A stretch of DNA of 64,000 nucleotides from Turneriella sp. Its GTDB lineage: Bacteria; Spirochaetota; Leptospiria; Turneriellales; Turneriellaceae. The notes beneath the pieces were generated by a model that worked only from the letters and a program-made list of their open reading frames with translations, ran no database searches and was not told the origin of the DNA. This document shows, piece by piece, positions 47,564 through 56,796 of this stretch (position 1 is its first letter; every line of letters begins with the position of its first letter). The translations under genes and the position numbers were made by a program. The stretch spans positions 416,001-480,000 of the forward strand of contig CBDIID010000003.1 of assembly GCA_965279515.1 (NCBI GenBank). The letters run 5' to 3'.

Positions 47564-49683
47564 TGAAACGGGCGACTCCACTGCTTATTCTCGCCCTGAC
47601 GCTCACCGGTGCGCTGCTGGCAGCGAAGACAGAGCCTGCGTTCCATGTCCGCGGGCGCCTGACATACAATGGTAAACCGCTCGCCGCCGTTGCTGTTGGG
47701 GTGAGGGAGCTGAACCTGACAACCTTCACTGACGAAAAGGGCGAGTTCGATCTCTACCCCGTGAAGCGCGGTGTATATGCTCTCGCCGTAAGCCATCCGA
47801 AGACAAAATCAGAGGTTTTCGATATCTACGTAAAGCGGGATTTCCGCATCGAAAAATCCCTCGGCGACGATGTGCCCCTGATACGCTCACAGCCCATGCA
47901 GCCGCCGTTTTTTGCGCCGACGAGTTCGAGCTATGACTCGGGCAAGACGGTTGAGAAGGCTGTGACCCTTGTCGGCCTTTCACCGCAGTATTACACCTTT
48001 TTACCCGCGAGCGCTAAGATGGGTGTGCTCTTTGAGCCGCCGGTCATCCGCTCACAGAACCCGATGCTGAACAGTTATGTCGCCGATGGCCTCGTGATGG
48101 ATATGCCCTTCCATTCGCTGGGTCTCTATAGCACGGCGAATCTGCGCCATACAGACGGTGTCCGGGTCTCGCGCGGCGTCTATGCAGTCACCGAGCGCGA
48201 CGCCCAGGGTGCCGCGCTCGTCGAAACTTTTTTGCCCGCAGGCAAAGAAGGCCGCAATGGTTTTGATTTCTATATCAACCCTGCGATTGCCGATGCCGCA
48301 GGCCATTACCAGATTTCAGACAAAGCATGGGGCAGCGTCGCTGTGCGGCGTACGATTCTCGAAGGGTATTTTGCGGCCGACAGCGCGGTACCCGCGGCGA
48401 TCGATTATCAAAGCAAAAACATTTTTCGCTTTAACAGCAGAAATTACCTCGAGATCGTTGCTCTAGGCGCAGACGATTCCATTCCTCTCACCAGCACGCA
48501 GAAATTCGGCTCGCGCGCGCATGCGCAAAAGGTCAAATACCGCCATCTGGGTGGTCCCCTGGTCTACGAACTCGAATTCAAGAACCGCTCTTTCGAACAG
48601 AACTATGTCGTGCTGGGCAGCAAAAAGAATATCACCAGCGTCACACCCCGCATCGGGCTGTTCTTCGCCAAAGACCACTATGCCGAAGTCGGCACCGATC
48701 TCTTCTACGAAGGCAGCTCTGCACAACTCTTTCAGGGCCAAAACATCGGCGGGCTCAACCTCGACATTCTTAAGAATTACAATATCGGTGGTTATGACGG
48801 CGGCAAGGGTGTTGCCTTCGGTGGTTATCTTTTATACCGGGGTAAGATCGGTCGTTTCGGTGCTGAGTTAAGCTCACGCCTCGATAAATACCGTGAATAC
48901 GATACCGCGTATTCCGCGAATGCTATCCAACTCTATTATGAATTTATGCCGGGCGCGAAAATCTATGCCGGGGGCGCCAATACCCACCGCCGGCCCGAAC
49001 CCTATAAGTTAATTTCGGTATTGCCGTCGCCAGCGCTCGCACCAGAATCGAACTACAAGGCCGAAGCCGGTGTGGGATTTACCCCATTCCCGTTTCTGAA
49101 AGTGAATACGACAGTTTTCTATACGCGCTGGTCGAATCTCATCGCGCTGCGCACCGACACCGTCGGCATCACAGATATTTCGAATACCAGCATCTACCGG
49201 AACAGTGGTAGCTCTGAAAATACCGGCGTGGAGCTGAGTGCCATATTGCAGTACAAAAATTATTACCTGCGCTCGTCGTATACCTACCAGTATATGCCGG
49301 GGGATGATAATTTCTCGTTCTATTACCGCCGCCACATCGCCAATGCAGCGTTGATCTATTTAAGCGGCATGATGGCGCATACCGTGCAGCTCAAAGTCTG
49401 GTCGTTACCGGGTGATATCGCGGGAGCTAAAGACGATTCGCTGAATCCGGTCGTGCAGCTCGATTACCGCTGGTCGATCCAGTCTGATACCGGCGTATTT
49501 TTTACGGCTGAGATAGGGCAGATTCTGAACGCACCATGGAAATACCTGGCAGACCCGCACCGCAAAGAATATTACGACACCTCGGCGCTCGGCAATGCCT
49601 TTCTGGGCTTGCCGACAAAGGGCACAGCCACGGAAGAGTCGCTGCCCGTTCACCTGAACCTTGCCGCGGGGATGAAGCTATGA
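47563..49683 (+). CDS. TonB-dependent receptor-like outer-membrane protein
   Basis: N-terminal carboxypeptidase-regulatory-like domain (VRGRLT...TFTDEKGEF); plug-like IRSQ...YVADG...FH; barrel with LAPESN. Confidence 0.7.
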   Translation: MKRATPLLILALTLTGALLAAKTEPAFHVRGRLTYNGKPLAAVAVGVRELNLTTFTDEKGEFDLYPVKRGVYALAVSHPKTKSEVFDIYVKRDFRIEKSLGDDVPLIRSQPMQPPFFAPTSSSYDSGKTVEKAVTLVGLSPQYYTFLPASAKMGVLFEPPVIRSQNPMLNSYVADGLVMDMPFHSLGLYSTANLRHTDGVRVSRGVYAVTERDAQGAALVETFLPAGKEGRNGFDFYINPAIADAAGHYQISDKAWGSVAVRRTILEGYFAADSAVPAAIDYQSKNIFRFNSRNYLEIVALGADDSIPLTSTQKFGSRAHAQKVKYRHLGGPLVYELEFKNRSFEQNYVVLGSKKNITSVTPRIGLFFAKDHYAEVGTDLFYEGSSAQLFQGQNIGGLNLDILKNYNIGGYDGGKGVAFGGYLLYRGKIGRFGAELSSRLDKYREYDTAYSANAIQLYYEFMPGAKIYAGGANTHRRPEPYKLISVLPSPALAPESNYKAEAGVGFTPFPFLKVNTTVFYTRWSNLIALRTDTVGITDISNTSIYRNSGSSENTGVELSAILQYKNYYLRSSYTYQYMPGDDNFSFYYRRHIANAALIYLSGMMAHTVQLKVWSLPGDIAGAKDDSLNPVVQLDYRWSIQSDTGVFFTAEIGQILNAPWKYLADPHRKEYYDTSALGNAFLGLPTKGTATEESLPVHLNLAAGMKL

Positions 49684-51467
49684 GAAACACCCTGCTTATC
49701 GCCTGTGCCCTCGCTTTCGGCTGCGCTTCGCTGCCTGAAAAAAAAATCTTAAAAGAGAAGGATTACCTGCTCTGGCAAAAAGATCTCACCGAACGCATCA
49801 GCCGTGAAGGCGATGATTTGGGCCTTCTCGCAGATCTCGCCGAAATCGCCCTGATCAACGAAGACTTTGATACGGCCCTGAAATCTGTCAGAACCCTGCA
49901 AACGAAGTCGGTAGGTGAAATCAAACCCCTGCTGTTACAGGAGATTGAAATTCTGCGCTATGCCTGGCGGCTCGATGAAGCTTTGAAAAAGCTCGACGCC
50001 TATGTCGCGGCCTACCCGCGCGATGCCACCAGCGCTCTTCTCAATAAACGCCGGCCCGTGATCGAAAAGAGCAAGGCATTGCCCGCACCGCTCAAGACTT
50101 CACCCTATGCGAAAAACCCCTACCCTGGATTTACCTACGCTGAATTCATGCAGGCGCCCAACGTCGTTTATCTCGATGGTCCTGAAAAGGAAATCTTTGC
50201 ACAGGCGAAAACGCTTGAGCCGATCGATCAGGAACTCTGGCTTAAGACAATAAAAGAATCGCCGCAGATCAGCTGGGACATGGGCGACGATGCCGAAATC
50301 CACCATTTCCCTGCATACCCCCCGGGCGCGACGAAACCCGTGGAAACGCCGGGGTTTTCCCAGAACAAGGCCGGCAACGTCACGCTGCGGCATGCAGATG
50401 GGCGGCGCGAAGATCTTGACTTTCTGCAGAAGCGTGGCTGCTCATTGCCCGGTTTTTCGCCCTGGCTCGATTTCTTCGTCGTGAGTTGCAAAAACGGCGA
50501 TCACCGGGATCTCGTATTATTCATGCGCACGGGTGCTGAATGGAAAGAGAACCCTATGGGCAGTGACATCAACACGCCGTTCGATGAAGTGCAGCCGCGC
50601 ATCTCGGCCGACGGGCGCTATCTGTTCTTTGCGTCCGATGGGCATCCCGGCTATGGCGCCTTTGATTATTTTTATGCGACCATCAGCTATGCTCAGGGCG
50701 CCATACGGTTCGGTGCTGCGGTGAATTTCGGTCCGCAGGTAAATACGTTCCATAACGAAGTCTATCCATTACAGATTTCCTCAGCGACAGGCGGCATCGT
50801 GTTTTCGGCTGAGGGCAAAAGCGGCCTCATCGGCAAAACCATGGCCGGTGGATTACCCCACGTGCAGGAAACCTTTTCGTGCCGGTTTATTGCCTATGGC
50901 GACAATGGCGCCATCGCCCAACAGGTGACGCTGCGCCCCGTGAAGGGGGACATCCGCCCTGCCATTACACTTGCCACTGGCGAAAAAGCCGACTGGATTC
51001 GCCTCATCGCCGGGGCCGAATACCGCGTGGCTTTCCGCACCACGGCGGGCATAGCGCTGGAGTTTAAGGTTCAGGCGCCCCCAGCTAAAGAAGCTAATTT
51101 TAACATGGAACGCTTCAGTGTGCTCGCGGCGCCTTCAGCGATTCGGCTCACCTACGATGACGACGTCACCAAGGTAACTACAGAAATTCGCCCTGAAATA
51201 GAAAAAGCGGCCCGGCGCCTGAAAGAAGATCCGAATCTGCATGCGCTGATCGAAGGCCATGCTGACAATATCGGCGGTGCTGGCTACAACCAGGGGCTCT
51301 CAGAAAAACGCGCCGAAGCGGCAAAAAAGCAGTTTATCCAATTGGGCATTCCGTCGCGGCGTATCACCACGCGCGGCTGGGGACAAGACAGGCCGCTCAA
51401 CGCTAACGCGACGAAAGAAGAGCGCACAGCAAACCGCCGCATTGAAATTCTGCTCGTCCCTGAATAA
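49680..51467 (+). CDS. Lipoprotein with TPR-like helices, PD40 repeats and a C-terminal OmpA peptidoglycan-binding domain
   Basis: Lipobox AFGC; INTPFDEVQPRISADGRYLFFASD; IEGHADNIG, NQGLSEKRA, NRRIEI. Confidence 0.85.
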   Translation: MRNTLLIACALAFGCASLPEKKILKEKDYLLWQKDLTERISREGDDLGLLADLAEIALINEDFDTALKSVRTLQTKSVGEIKPLLLQEIEILRYAWRLDEALKKLDAYVAAYPRDATSALLNKRRPVIEKSKALPAPLKTSPYAKNPYPGFTYAEFMQAPNVVYLDGPEKEIFAQAKTLEPIDQELWLKTIKESPQISWDMGDDAEIHHFPAYPPGATKPVETPGFSQNKAGNVTLRHADGRREDLDFLQKRGCSLPGFSPWLDFFVVSCKNGDHRDLVLFMRTGAEWKENPMGSDINTPFDEVQPRISADGRYLFFASDGHPGYGAFDYFYATISYAQGAIRFGAAVNFGPQVNTFHNEVYPLQISSATGGIVFSAEGKSGLIGKTMAGGLPHVQETFSCRFIAYGDNGAIAQQVTLRPVKGDIRPAITLATGEKADWIRLIAGAEYRVAFRTTAGIALEFKVQAPPAKEANFNMERFSVLAAPSAIRLTYDDDVTKVTTEIRPEIEKAARRLKEDPNLHALIEGHADNIGGAGYNQGLSEKRAEAAKKQFIQLGIPSRRITTRGWGQDRPLNANATKEERTANRRIEILLVPE

Positions 51468-51494
51468 GCTCCGGCTTGACAGTGTCATCTGCGG

Positions 51495-52115
51495 ATGCAC
51501 TCCGCACGCGCCGTGTCCTGGGATCTGAAAAACGTTCACCATCGCCTGCCCTGGTTCGGCCTGTGGCGCATCCGCCGGCGCATTAACAAGGTGACGAAGA
51601 AGCTTTTCAACCGCCTGCGCAAAGACAAGAAGTCGCTGATGGAATACGGGAATCTGCGCCGGGGCAAACCCTGGGGTTTTCGCGACGGGCACGACCTGAC
51701 CTGGACCTTTCTCGTCGACCTGCTGGCCGACCGGCCCTTAATATATAAGGTGACTTACAATATCCATGAAGGCCGCTACCATTGCTACTCGCGCTCGGGC
51801 GGCAAGAACGAGATGACCAATGTGCTGCAATTTACGAGCGAAGACCTCGACGAGCTTGTCGCCCGCCTCTACACCCTCGCCGCCGAAATTCCGGCGATGC
51901 GTGAGCGTATGCTCAGGCAGCATCTCTACTCGCTGAAAAGCGAGAAAAGCCCGAAAAGGTGGCTTGACCTCTTCCGCAAAAAAAATCCCGAAGCAGACAT
52001 GGCTTCCCTCGCCATGCTGCGCGAAGTAGTACACGCGATGCTGACGCAGAATAAGATTTCGAAGAATGAAGCGTTAAAACTTATGTCATACGCAGAAACG
52101 CTGCACGGCGATTGA
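51495..52115 (+). CDS. Hypothetical basic cytoplasmic protein
   Basis: Long ORF filling the gap between the OmpA and ybaB genes; TTGACA just upstream. Confidence 0.6.
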   Translation: MHSARAVSWDLKNVHHRLPWFGLWRIRRRINKVTKKLFNRLRKDKKSLMEYGNLRRGKPWGFRDGHDLTWTFLVDLLADRPLIYKVTYNIHEGRYHCYSRSGGKNEMTNVLQFTSEDLDELVARLYTLAAEIPAMRERMLRQHLYSLKSEKSPKRWLDLFRKKNPEADMASLAMLREVVHAMLTQNKISKNEALKLMSYAETLHGD

Positions 52116-52155
52116 ATTTCATTTACGGCCGGTCCCGGACATAGGCCATTGCGCC

Positions 52156-52458
52156 ATGGGTTTAGGCGATATCAAAGACATGATGGGTCAGATGCGTGCG
52201 GCGCAGCAGCAGATGAAAGAGGTCCAGAAAAAGCTGGGCTCGATGCGCGTCTCGGCTGAAACCGGTGGCGGCATGGTCAAAGCCATCGTCGACGGTGAGG
52301 CCAACCTCATCGACCTCGAAATTGACACCTCTCTGCTTGAAGCAGACGAAATTAAAGTTTTACCCAAACTCATCAAAAAAGCCATTCAGGAAGCCCAAAA
52401 AGACGCGCGCAAGCAGGTGATGTCCGACATGAAAGGCATGCTGGGTGGCATGATGTAA
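52156..52458 (+). CDS. ybaB: Nucleoid-associated protein YbaB/EbfC
   Basis: AETGGGMVK; adjacent to recR. Confidence 0.88.
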   Translation: MGLGDIKDMMGQMRAAQQQMKEVQKKLGSMRVSAETGGGMVKAIVDGEANLIDLEIDTSLLEADEIKVLPKLIKKAIQEAQKDARKQVMSDMKGMLGGMM

Positions 52459-52602
52459 GACCCGGAGATGCCGCTGCCGGCTGAACAAGCCGGAACGAAA
52501 ACAACGGGCAGCGCAGCGCTTTAGCAGCAACTTGCCAGCAAGTTGCCAGCAAGTTGCGAGGCCTGTTGTTTTCGAGGCATCGTAGGGCCTATTGGAAAAA
52601 AA

Positions 52603-53205
52603 ATGCCCCCCGAATTACTCGCAGCGATCGAGGCCATCGCGGCCCTACCCGGCATCGGCAGGCGCTCGGCCATGCGCATCGCCTTTGATCTCATACACCA
52701 GGGCCCGGTGCGGGTCGGCAATCTCACGAAAGCGCTGACGCAGCTGGTTTCAGAAGTTGCCCTGTGCAGCCGTTGCGGCGCATATATCAGCCGAAATCCC
52801 GGGCAAGAAAATTGCCTCTACTGCGATTCCCCCCGGCGTTCGCATGACAGCCTTTGCGTCGTAGAAAATCCATCCGATGTCTATGCCGTCGAGAACACCG
52901 GCGAGCATGCAGGCCTCTACCATGTGCTGGGCGGAGTGCTTTCGCCGCTCGATGGCATCGGGCCTGAAGAACTGAATCTACCCAGGCTGGCTGAGCGTGT
53001 ACAGCAGCTTGCTGTTAAAGAAGTCATTGTCGCCGCTAACCCGAGTGTCGAGGGCAATGCCACAGGGCACTATATTGCCGATATGCTGAAGCCCACAGGC
53101 GTACGCGTCACACGCATTGCCACAGGCCTGGCGCTCGGGCAAATGCTCGACTACGCTGAAACACAGGCCATATCGCAGTCCCTCAGGCAACGCGTCGAAC
53201 TGTGA
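52603..53205 (+). CDS. recR: Recombination mediator RecR
   Basis: LPGIGRRSA HhH, CSRC...CLYC zinc finger, YHVLGGVLSPLDGIGP, Toprim EGNAT. Confidence 0.95.
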   Translation: MPPELLAAIEAIAALPGIGRRSAMRIAFDLIHQGPVRVGNLTKALTQLVSEVALCSRCGAYISRNPGQENCLYCDSPRRSHDSLCVVENPSDVYAVENTGEHAGLYHVLGGVLSPLDGIGPEELNLPRLAERVQQLAVKEVIVAANPSVEGNATGHYIADMLKPTGVRVTRIATGLALGQMLDYAETQAISQSLRQRVEL

Positions 53206-53897
53206 TCTCTGTCATCATTCCCGCTCTCAACGAAGAAAAATCGCTGCCACTCGTTGTGGCTGGTCTTAAAAAGACGGCGCAGCAGTATAAACTTAAACTC
53301 GAAATCATCGTCTGCGACAACGGTTCATCCGATAAGACGGTTGAGGTGGCAAAAAAAGGCGGATGTCTTGTGGTGCAGGAAAGTGAGCGCGGTTATGGCG
53401 CTGCCTGCCTCAGGGCTTTGACCGAGGTTTCACCAAAGACAAAAGTGATTCTCTTTATCGATGCGGATTATTCCGATTATCCCGAGGAATTCCCCAGCCT
53501 CGTTCTACCTGTCATCAACGGCACTGCCGACCTGGTGATCGGCTCGCGTATCCTTAAGGGAGCGCGCCGCGAGCAAGGCTCGCTTACCCCGCAGCAGAAA
53601 TTCGGCAACTGGCTCGCAACGTTTCTCATCAGGCTGCTTTTCAAACAGCGCTACAGTGACCTGGGGCCATTCCGCGCCGTGAGCGCCCGGGCATTTCACA
53701 ACCTTGCCATGGCCGACCGCAATTTCGGCTGGACCGTAGAGATGCAGATTCGCGCGGCGAAGCAGAAGCTGCGCATTCTCGAAGTGCCAGTGAGTTACCG
53801 CAAACGCATCGGTGTCTCGAAGATTTCGGGAACCGTCAAGGGAACGATTATGGCCGGTTACATTATTCTCAAAACCATCTTCCGGGAGTTGTTTTGA
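53202..53897 (+). CDS. GT2 glycosyltransferase (DPM-synthase-like)
   Basis: VIIPALNEE, DNGSSD, GYGAAC, DADYSD, GVSKISGT. Confidence 0.9.
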   Translation: MISVIIPALNEEKSLPLVVAGLKKTAQQYKLKLEIIVCDNGSSDKTVEVAKKGGCLVVQESERGYGAACLRALTEVSPKTKVILFIDADYSDYPEEFPSLVLPVINGTADLVIGSRILKGARREQGSLTPQQKFGNWLATFLIRLLFKQRYSDLGPFRAVSARAFHNLAMADRNFGWTVEMQIRAAKQKLRILEVPVSYRKRIGVSKISGTVKGTIMAGYIILKTIFRELF

Positions 53898-53931
53898 TTG
53901 ACGCGTCGCCGAATAATTCCCCTGTGCAGGG

Positions 53932-54816
53932 GTGATTCGCCCGAAATTTGCCGGTTTCATTTTATTCTGCGCCTTCGCATCGCTGCACGGGGAGAAATCC
54001 GCCACCTTTGAATGGCCCGTCGAAAAAGACAAAAAATACCAGATCAGCTCGACCTTCGGCGAATCGCGCATCGACCACTTCCATAACGGCATCGACCTGC
54101 CCGGCGAAGGTTCAAAGGTGCTCGCTCCCAAAGACGGCCGCGTGCTCTACCGCATTAACGCCGAATTTACCCCCGGTGAGATGCCGTTCGGTGGCGGCAA
54201 TACGCTGATTCTCGATCACGGCAGCGAATGGTCGGGCTATATGCACCTGAAGAGCGTAGCCGATGCCGTGATAAAAAACGCCCCGATTGCCAAAGGCGAG
54301 AAGCTGGGCGCCTCGGGTAACACCGGGCATTCGGGCGGGCCGCACCTGCACTTTTTCCTCTATAACCCGGTCGAGCGCGCGATGGTGAATCCCCTGCTGT
54401 TCATGAGCGATGCCTACTACCGCGACACAAAACCACCCGAAGCCAAGGAATGGGGAGTCTTGCTCGCGGACAAATTTGCCAATGTCAATCCTGACAAACC
54501 GTTTCGCCTGAGTTCCGATTATCCGGTCTATATTTTTCTGCAGGACCATGGTATCGGGCGCGAGCGCTGGGGTGTATTTGAGTACCAGGTGAAGCTCGAC
54601 GGCAAGGACGCGATTTCAGCCAAGTTCGACAAAATCTTCTTTAAGGACGATGCCTGGAGCCTCACCAGCGGCCAGAAATTCGAAGATATTTTTTACCGCA
54701 ACCTGTATGCGCTGACGCCGCAGGTGCGCCGGTCAAAAAAAGTTTCGGTCGAGGCAAAAGACTTAAAAGGCAATACCTTTTCCAAAACCTACGAACTCAA
54801 AATCCAGCAGAACTAA
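53932..54816 (+). CDS. M23 metallopeptidase
   Basis: HFHNGID, YMHL, GNTGHSGGPHLHF. Confidence 0.9.
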   Translation: MIRPKFAGFILFCAFASLHGEKSATFEWPVEKDKKYQISSTFGESRIDHFHNGIDLPGEGSKVLAPKDGRVLYRINAEFTPGEMPFGGGNTLILDHGSEWSGYMHLKSVADAVIKNAPIAKGEKLGASGNTGHSGGPHLHFFLYNPVERAMVNPLLFMSDAYYRDTKPPEAKEWGVLLADKFANVNPDKPFRLSSDYPVYIFLQDHGIGRERWGVFEYQVKLDGKDAISAKFDKIFFKDDAWSLTSGQKFEDIFYRNLYALTPQVRRSKKVSVEAKDLKGNTFSKTYELKIQQN

Positions 54817-54835
54817 GCTGCGAGTTTGGCCGAGA

Positions 54836-55417
54836 CTATTTTACCGGAAAAATGGGAGGAGAATTTTCCAGTTTCAGGTCGAAAGTTCCCCGAACTATAT
54901 TCTCAGCGTTAGAATAGAATGTGAAAAATCCGGCAAGGCGGCCGCCGGGAACAGGATCCGCATGGGAAAAGACAACATACCCATTACGGAATGTTTCTCT
55001 TCGTAATGACCGGACTTCTTCGTTTTCTCTGCGGGCCGTCCTTTCCGGAGTATAAACTTCAAGTTCAAAATCCGGGCCACTCAAAAAGCCGGAAATGAGA
55101 GCACCGGGCTGCGGTTTATTTTTCATGCGGATGCAGAAATACATTTTTCCTGATACTCCCTGGGGCAGAACAGATACCGGAATATTGTTGAAATCGAGGT
55201 AGCTTTCAGAGTTCATATTCAGCCTTATCGAATCCCATTCAAAATTTTCCATGGTAACCGTCTGGGTACCTATATCCTTTAAGAAATACGTAATCTCTGC
55301 CTTGCCCTTTCCGACAAAAGAATCACTTTTAAACGCCTTCCGCAGATCTGGAGTGCTGCACCCGGCGGCGAAACAAAGCGCAAGGAGCCAGATAAATGGG
55401 TAGCCGACTTTCAACAT
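54836..55417 (-). CDS. Hypothetical lipoprotein
   Basis: Lipobox AAGC. Confidence 0.65.
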   Translation of the reverse strand: MLKVGYPFIWLLALCFAAGCSTPDLRKAFKSDSFVGKGKAEITYFLKDIGTQTVTMENFEWDSIRLNMNSESYLDFNNIPVSVLPQGVSGKMYFCIRMKNKPQPGALISGFLSGPDFELEVYTPERTARRENEEVRSLRRETFRNGYVVFSHADPVPGGRLAGFFTFYSNAENIVRGTFDLKLENSPPIFPVK

Positions 55418-55434
55418 CTATGTCCGCCCACCAG

Positions 55435-56067
55435 CTAGTACTCCACCGGGTACGGATCGAGGCTGCGCCACAGATACCAGACCGCCACAGTCGAATAAGG
55501 CGACCAGGGTGCGGCCACCTTGCGGATGCTCTTCAGTGAAACCTTTTTGCCCTTGAAATAATTGAGTTGAATTGCGCGAATCAGCCCCACATCACCCAAG
55601 GGTAAAACATCAGGCCGCCACAGATTGAACATCAGGTACATTTCGGCCGTCCAGGGGCCGATGCCATGGAGCTCCACCAAAGCGCTTTTCGCTTCGTCGT
55701 CCTCAAGCCGCGCGAGTTTTGCCGCGCTGATTTTTTTCCCTACAAAATGTTCTGCAAGATTCTGTAAATAAACCGCCTTACGCTCCGAGAGTCCACAACC
55801 ACGGAGCTCCGCAACCTTCAAGGCCATAATGCGCCGGGGATCTATCTTCGCGCTTTTGCCCTGAACCGCGCTGACGACTCGCCCCCAAATGGCATCCGCG
55901 GCTTTCACGGAAATCTGCTGCCCTGCAATCGCGCGCGCCAACGTGGTAAATGAATCTTTTTTAAGCCTCAGGCTTACTTCGGGGTAACGCGCAATGATCG
56001 GCCTTAAGACGGGATCACGGCTGAGATGCGTTTTCGCATCCTGCCAATAATGCGGCACCTTTTCCAC
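55435..56067 (-). CDS. DNA-3-methyladenine glycosylase II (AlkA/HhH-GPD family)
   Basis: IAGQQIS, GLSERK, LHGIGPWTAEM, DVLPLGDVGL. Confidence 0.9.
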   Translation of the reverse strand: MEKVPHYWQDAKTHLSRDPVLRPIIARYPEVSLRLKKDSFTTLARAIAGQQISVKAADAIWGRVVSAVQGKSAKIDPRRIMALKVAELRGCGLSERKAVYLQNLAEHFVGKKISAAKLARLEDDEAKSALVELHGIGPWTAEMYLMFNLWRPDVLPLGDVGLIRAIQLNYFKGKKVSLKSIRKVAAPWSPYSTVAVWYLWRSLDPYPVEY

Positions 56068-56068
56068 T

Positions 56069-56794
56069 TTAGGATTTCAAAAGTGCTTCGACCTTATGCA
56101 CATCGTCGGGCACATCGACCCCCGGCGAATCGACCGTCGCCACATGCACATAGATCTGAAAGCCGTTAAACAGAAAGCGCAACTGTTCGAGGCTCTCCGC
56201 TTCTTCGAGCGGCGCCACGGGTAACTTGGCGAGCTTTAGCAGCGCTTCGCGCGAATATGCGTACAGGCCCTGGTGTTTTAATGCCGGCAGGCGGTCCTGG
56301 ATGTTCTTGCGGTAAAATGGTATCGGCGAACGCGAAAAATACAGAGCGCGGCCGTCATGCGCGAGAACGACCTTGACCTGATTTTCGTTCCGGAAATCCG
56401 CATCTGCCTTAAACGGCACTGCTGTTGTGGTAATATCCGCGCCACGGGCAAAGAGCGCCAGCGCCCCTGAAATATTCTCAGCGGGTAACAGGGGTTCATC
56501 CCCCTGGACATTGACGTAATGCGTAAAACCGGGATACTGCTCGGCAACCTCGACAATGCGGTCGAAGCCCGAAACATGGTCAGCGCGCGTCATCACAGCC
56601 TCGCCGCCAAAACCTTTCACGGCGTCGGCGATGCGCAAATCATCGGTGGCAACGACGACATGACCGAGTTCGGGGCATTTTTTCGCAGCTGCATAGACCC
56701 ACTCTACCATGGGTTTTCCGGCAATCAGGTGCAGGGGCTTACCCGGAAACCGGGTCGAAGCAAAACGGGCAGGGATTACTCCCAGGGCGCGCAT
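56069..56794 (-). CDS. kdsB: 3-deoxy-manno-octulosonate cytidylyltransferase
   Basis: IPARFASTRFPGKPL, NVQGDEP, ALYFSRSPIP, ESLEQLR. Confidence 0.95.
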   Translation of the reverse strand: MRALGVIPARFASTRFPGKPLHLIAGKPMVEWVYAAAKKCPELGHVVVATDDLRIADAVKGFGGEAVMTRADHVSGFDRIVEVAEQYPGFTHYVNVQGDEPLLPAENISGALALFARGADITTTAVPFKADADFRNENQVKVVLAHDGRALYFSRSPIPFYRKNIQDRLPALKHQGLYAYSREALLKLAKLPVAPLEEAESLEQLRFLFNGFQIYVHVATVDSPGVDVPDDVHKVEALLKS

Positions 56795-56796
56795 TA

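Noticed and set aside
52476..52500. Hammerhead-like CTGA...GAAA after ybaB, and minus-strand CTGATGA near 58962-58968
   Set aside because: The first lacks CUGANGA (it reads CTGAACA) and a stem II; the second has no properly placed GAAA
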